Origin: an uncultured Caulobacterales bacterium | GTDB taxonomy: Bacteria > Pseudomonadota > Alphaproteobacteria > Caulobacterales > CAYPOX01 | NCBI GenBank assembly: GCA_964412525.1 | Contig: CAYPOX010000002.1 | Coordinates: 27 to 64,026 of the forward strand | Length of the DNA: 64,000 bases | Direction of reading: 5' to 3' | Shown here: positions 62,150 through 64,000 of the stretch, piece after piece | Layout of the letters: the number at the start of each line of letters is the position of its first letter | Numbering within the stretch: position 1 is the stretch's first letter | The notes under the pieces: generated by a model | What the model was told of the DNA's origin: nothing | The model's input: the letters and a program-made list of their open reading frames with translations, nothing else | The model's database searches: none | Program-made: the position numbers and the translations under genes

Positions 62150-63657
62150 CGCCGTCGGACCAGCTTGCGCACGGGCTCGGGCGTGACCCGGCGCGCGAGC
62201 CGGCCGAGGCCGCGCAGGGGCGCGGCGAGTTTCCAAGAGCGCGACCGATAGACCGCCCCCAGCCGGGTTTCGAGGGCGCCGAGCCGGGCCTTGAGGGCGG
62301 CGTGCTGTTGGGCCTCCGCCCGGGCGACGTCATGGGCGTGGTCGCAGGCGCGTTGAAGCTTGTCGCGTTCATGAACGAGCGCCGAAAGTTCCGTTGCGTA
62401 ATCCGCGTCGCGCGTTTCCCGCTCCAGAGCGAAGGCGAGCCGCTCCGCGTCGAGCGCCGCCTCGGTTTCGCGGATGGCGTGATCGAAGGCGGCGCGGGAC
62501 TCCGCCCATTGGGCGCGTTCCTGCTCGAAAGCCGCGCGTTCCTGCTCAAAACCCGCCCGTTCCGTCTCGAGCCGGGCCCGCCATTCGGCGAAGCGGGCCT
62601 CGAGCCCGGCGCGGGCCGCGCGTTCGCCTTCAAGCGCCGCGGCGGCGATCTCGGCGCGGCCGATATGGCGTTGGGCGTCCGCCTGGGCGGCGCGGATGGC
62701 GTCCTGGGCCTCCGCCCGCGCCTTCTGGGCGAGCGCCTCCGCGTCCGCGCGCGCCTGGGCGATGGCGCGGCCGGCCTCGTGATGCGCGGCCTCCGCATGG
62801 CGTTCCGCGCCCCGGACCGCCTCCGCCGCATCGGCGTGCGCTTTTTCGACGGCGGCGCGCAGACCGTCCCGCGCGGCCTTCTCCGCGGCGCGGGCGCGGC
62901 CCATGGCGCGCACCCCTTCGCCCAGACGGCCGAACAGCGCTCGGATTTGGTCCGCCTCCTCGGCCGGCGCGTCGAACAGGGGCGCGAGCGCTTTCGGGGC
63001 CTTTCCGGGGGCCAGCACGCCGAGGCCGTGCTCGTGACGGAAGGCGAAGGCGCGGCCGGGATGGGATTTTTCGAGATCGTCCCAGAGCGCCCAGACGCCG
63101 AAGCCGCGCTCGCGCACGTCGATGTCGTGGAACAGGACGACCCCTTCGGCGGTCAGCTTGGGCGTCCAGCTTTCAAGATCTCGGCGCACGGACTCCGCGT
63201 CATGGGCGCCGTCTATATGCAGAACATCGATCGTTCCGTCTTCAAAATGTTTCAGCGCCTCGTCGAAATCCGCGCGCACCAGGCGGGAGCGGGCGCCGTG
63301 GCGCGGCTCGTGAACGGCTTTCAGATCCTGATAGACGTCCTCGTCATAGAAGCCCGCATGGGCGTCGCCGCGCCAATGGTCGACGCCATAGACCCGGCTT
63401 CCGGAGAGGCCGAAGCGCTCCAGCGCCTCGCAAAAGGCGGTGAGCGAAAAGCCGTTATGGACGCCGAGCTCGACGATCCTTTTGGGTCTCAAAACGCCCG
63501 TCAGCCAAACCGCGAAGGGTCCGTGACCGAGCCAAGAGGAGTCCGGCAGGCGTTCAGGGGTCCAGAGCACGGCTTCGGGGAAGACCGGGCCGAGCCTGGC
63601 GAGGGCGCGCGGCGTGGGGCCGTCTGCGGAACCGCCCGTCGGGGCGTCCGGCGTCAC
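62146..63657 (-). CDS. SAM methyltransferase (class I, Methyltransf_24-like) fused to a long Ala/Glu/Arg coiled coil; WbdD-like chain terminator/ruler candidate
   Basis: Track ORF 62146..63789. In-frame GTG 63657 overlaps the Wzt-like TGA (GTGA). RIVELGVHNGFSLTAF, IDVLHIDGAHDAESV and GVVLFHDI, then ~250 aa of AEAAHHEAGRAIAQARADAEALAQKARAEAQDAIRAAQADAQ... Confidence 0.75.
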   Translation of the reverse strand: MTPDAPTGGSADGPTPRALARLGPVFPEAVLWTPERLPDSSWLGHGPFAVWLTGVLRPKRIVELGVHNGFSLTAFCEALERFGLSGSRVYGVDHWRGDAHAGFYDEDVYQDLKAVHEPRHGARSRLVRADFDEALKHFEDGTIDVLHIDGAHDAESVRRDLESWTPKLTAEGVVLFHDIDVRERGFGVWALWDDLEKSHPGRAFAFRHEHGLGVLAPGKAPKALAPLFDAPAEEADQIRALFGRLGEGVRAMGRARAAEKAARDGLRAAVEKAHADAAEAVRGAERHAEAAHHEAGRAIAQARADAEALAQKARAEAQDAIRAAQADAQRHIGRAEIAAAALEGERAARAGLEARFAEWRARLETERAGFEQERAAFEQERAQWAESRAAFDHAIRETEAALDAERLAFALERETRDADYATELSALVHERDKLQRACDHAHDVARAEAQQHAALKARLGALETRLGAVYRSRSWKLAAPLRGLGRLARRVTPEPVRKLVRRR

Positions 63658-64000
63658 GCGGCCGCGTTTCGGGGCGCTCCGGCTTTTTGAGGAAGGGGTT
63701 CGAGAACGATCGCCTCCATCGGCGCTCCCACCAGCCCGCGGGCCACGTGGCTCGACAGCACGCGTAGAAATAAGCAGTCCTCCATCCACACGCAGATGCG
63801 GTGGTTTTCCTGGGCGCCGTCGGCGACGGCCGCCGCCACCGCGTAATCCCCGGTCTTGAGATAAGGCAAGCGAAAGCGGAAGCGCGCTTCGAAGGCTTGA
63901 CCTTCCGCCACCGCCGGCGCGGCGTCCTGATAGGTGAGCCAGGTGTTGTCGCCGAACAATTCCTGGCCCAGCGAGTCGCGCAGAAAGAAGCCGACGATCG
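63654..64000 (-). CDS. wzt: C-terminal glycan-binding-type domain of a Wzt-like ABC ATPase (5' part outside the window)
   Basis: The frame is open from nt 64000: ..IVGFFLRDSLGQELFGDNTWLTYQDAAPAVAEGQAFEARFRFRLPYLKTGDYAVAAAVADGAQENHRICVWMEDCLFLRV... This resembles the beta-sandwich Wzt C-terminal domain. The track lists only the part from TTG 63959. Confidence 0.65.
   Translation of the reverse strand, partial: IVGFFLRDSLGQELFGDNTWLTYQDAAPAVAEGQAFEARFRFRLPYLKTGDYAVAAAVADGAQENHRICVWMEDCLFLRVLSSHVARGLVGAPMEAIVLEPLPQKAGAPRNAAA

Noticed and set aside
59131-63690. 467-aa and 524-aa plus-strand ORFs opposite the GT2 and methyltransferase/coiled-coil genes
   Set aside because: Shadows. The GT2 DxD domains, the SAM motifs and the GTGA-coupled operon structure are on the minus strand.
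1-64000. Exact circular closure of the window (nt 64000 joined to nt 1)
   Set aside because: The two Wzt-like halves are out of frame by one nucleotide when joined directly, and a typical Wzt would need additional residues. At best the replicon is slightly larger than the window.
1-64000. Transposases, integrases, IS inverted repeats, conjugation (tra/virB) genes, LapG/LapD adhesin-release genes, TolC
   Set aside because: Looked for characteristic motifs in all listed ORFs (DDE transposase, tyrosine recombinase R..HxxR..Y, relaxase, VirB4/VirD4 Walker boxes, TolC repeats) and recognised none. Absence is by eye only.

Overview
High-GC window with alphaproteobacterium-like codon usage. It reads as most of a low-copy plasmid or chromid, not core chromosome. 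Maintenance functions: a RepA (replication initiator protein A family) gene beside an iteron and DnaA-box origin (56.2-57.7 kb); a type-Ib-like parA plus RHH partition pair preceded by about 11 TGTTACG heptamers (51.0-52.5 kb); and three type II toxin-antitoxin pairs (17.8-22.8 kb). Cargo falls into three blocks. (i) 1-14 kb and 57.7-64 kb hold an ABC-transporter-dependent surface-glycan cluster: Wzm, Wzt-like ATPase pieces, a WbdD-like methyltransferase with coiled coil, multi-domain GT2/GT4 enzymes, a GT41-like enzyme and a sulfotransferase-like protein. Inside it is a visibly AT-richer dideoxy-aminosugar cassette (4,6-dehydratase, DegT aminotransferase, WbqC, two NeuD-like acyltransferases) carrying an FkbH-ACP-hotdog acyl-donor module. 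The complementary Wzt-like halves at the two window edges suggest the cluster continues across a circular junction. (ii) 14.5-17.7 kb holds a YfiR-like protein and a TonB-dependent receptor. (iii) 23.6-51 kb is the most unusual part. A type I secretion locus (XRE regulator, RTX protein, ABC, MFP, no outer-membrane component) lies divergent from an operon of leaderless giant repeat proteins: a 3214-aa RTX protein with three secretion-domain-like copies, a 1456-aa cadherin-like protein and a 631-aa RTX protein with inverted architecture. Four SAM methyltransferases are interleaved, one of the PKMT-like 'regulatory domain' type. All calls rest on motif recognition by eye and hand translation; no searches or statistics were run. 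Start codons were chosen manually. Many long ORFs in the supplied track are antisense shadows of these GC-rich genes. No rRNA, tRNA, CRISPR array, transposase or integrase was recognised.
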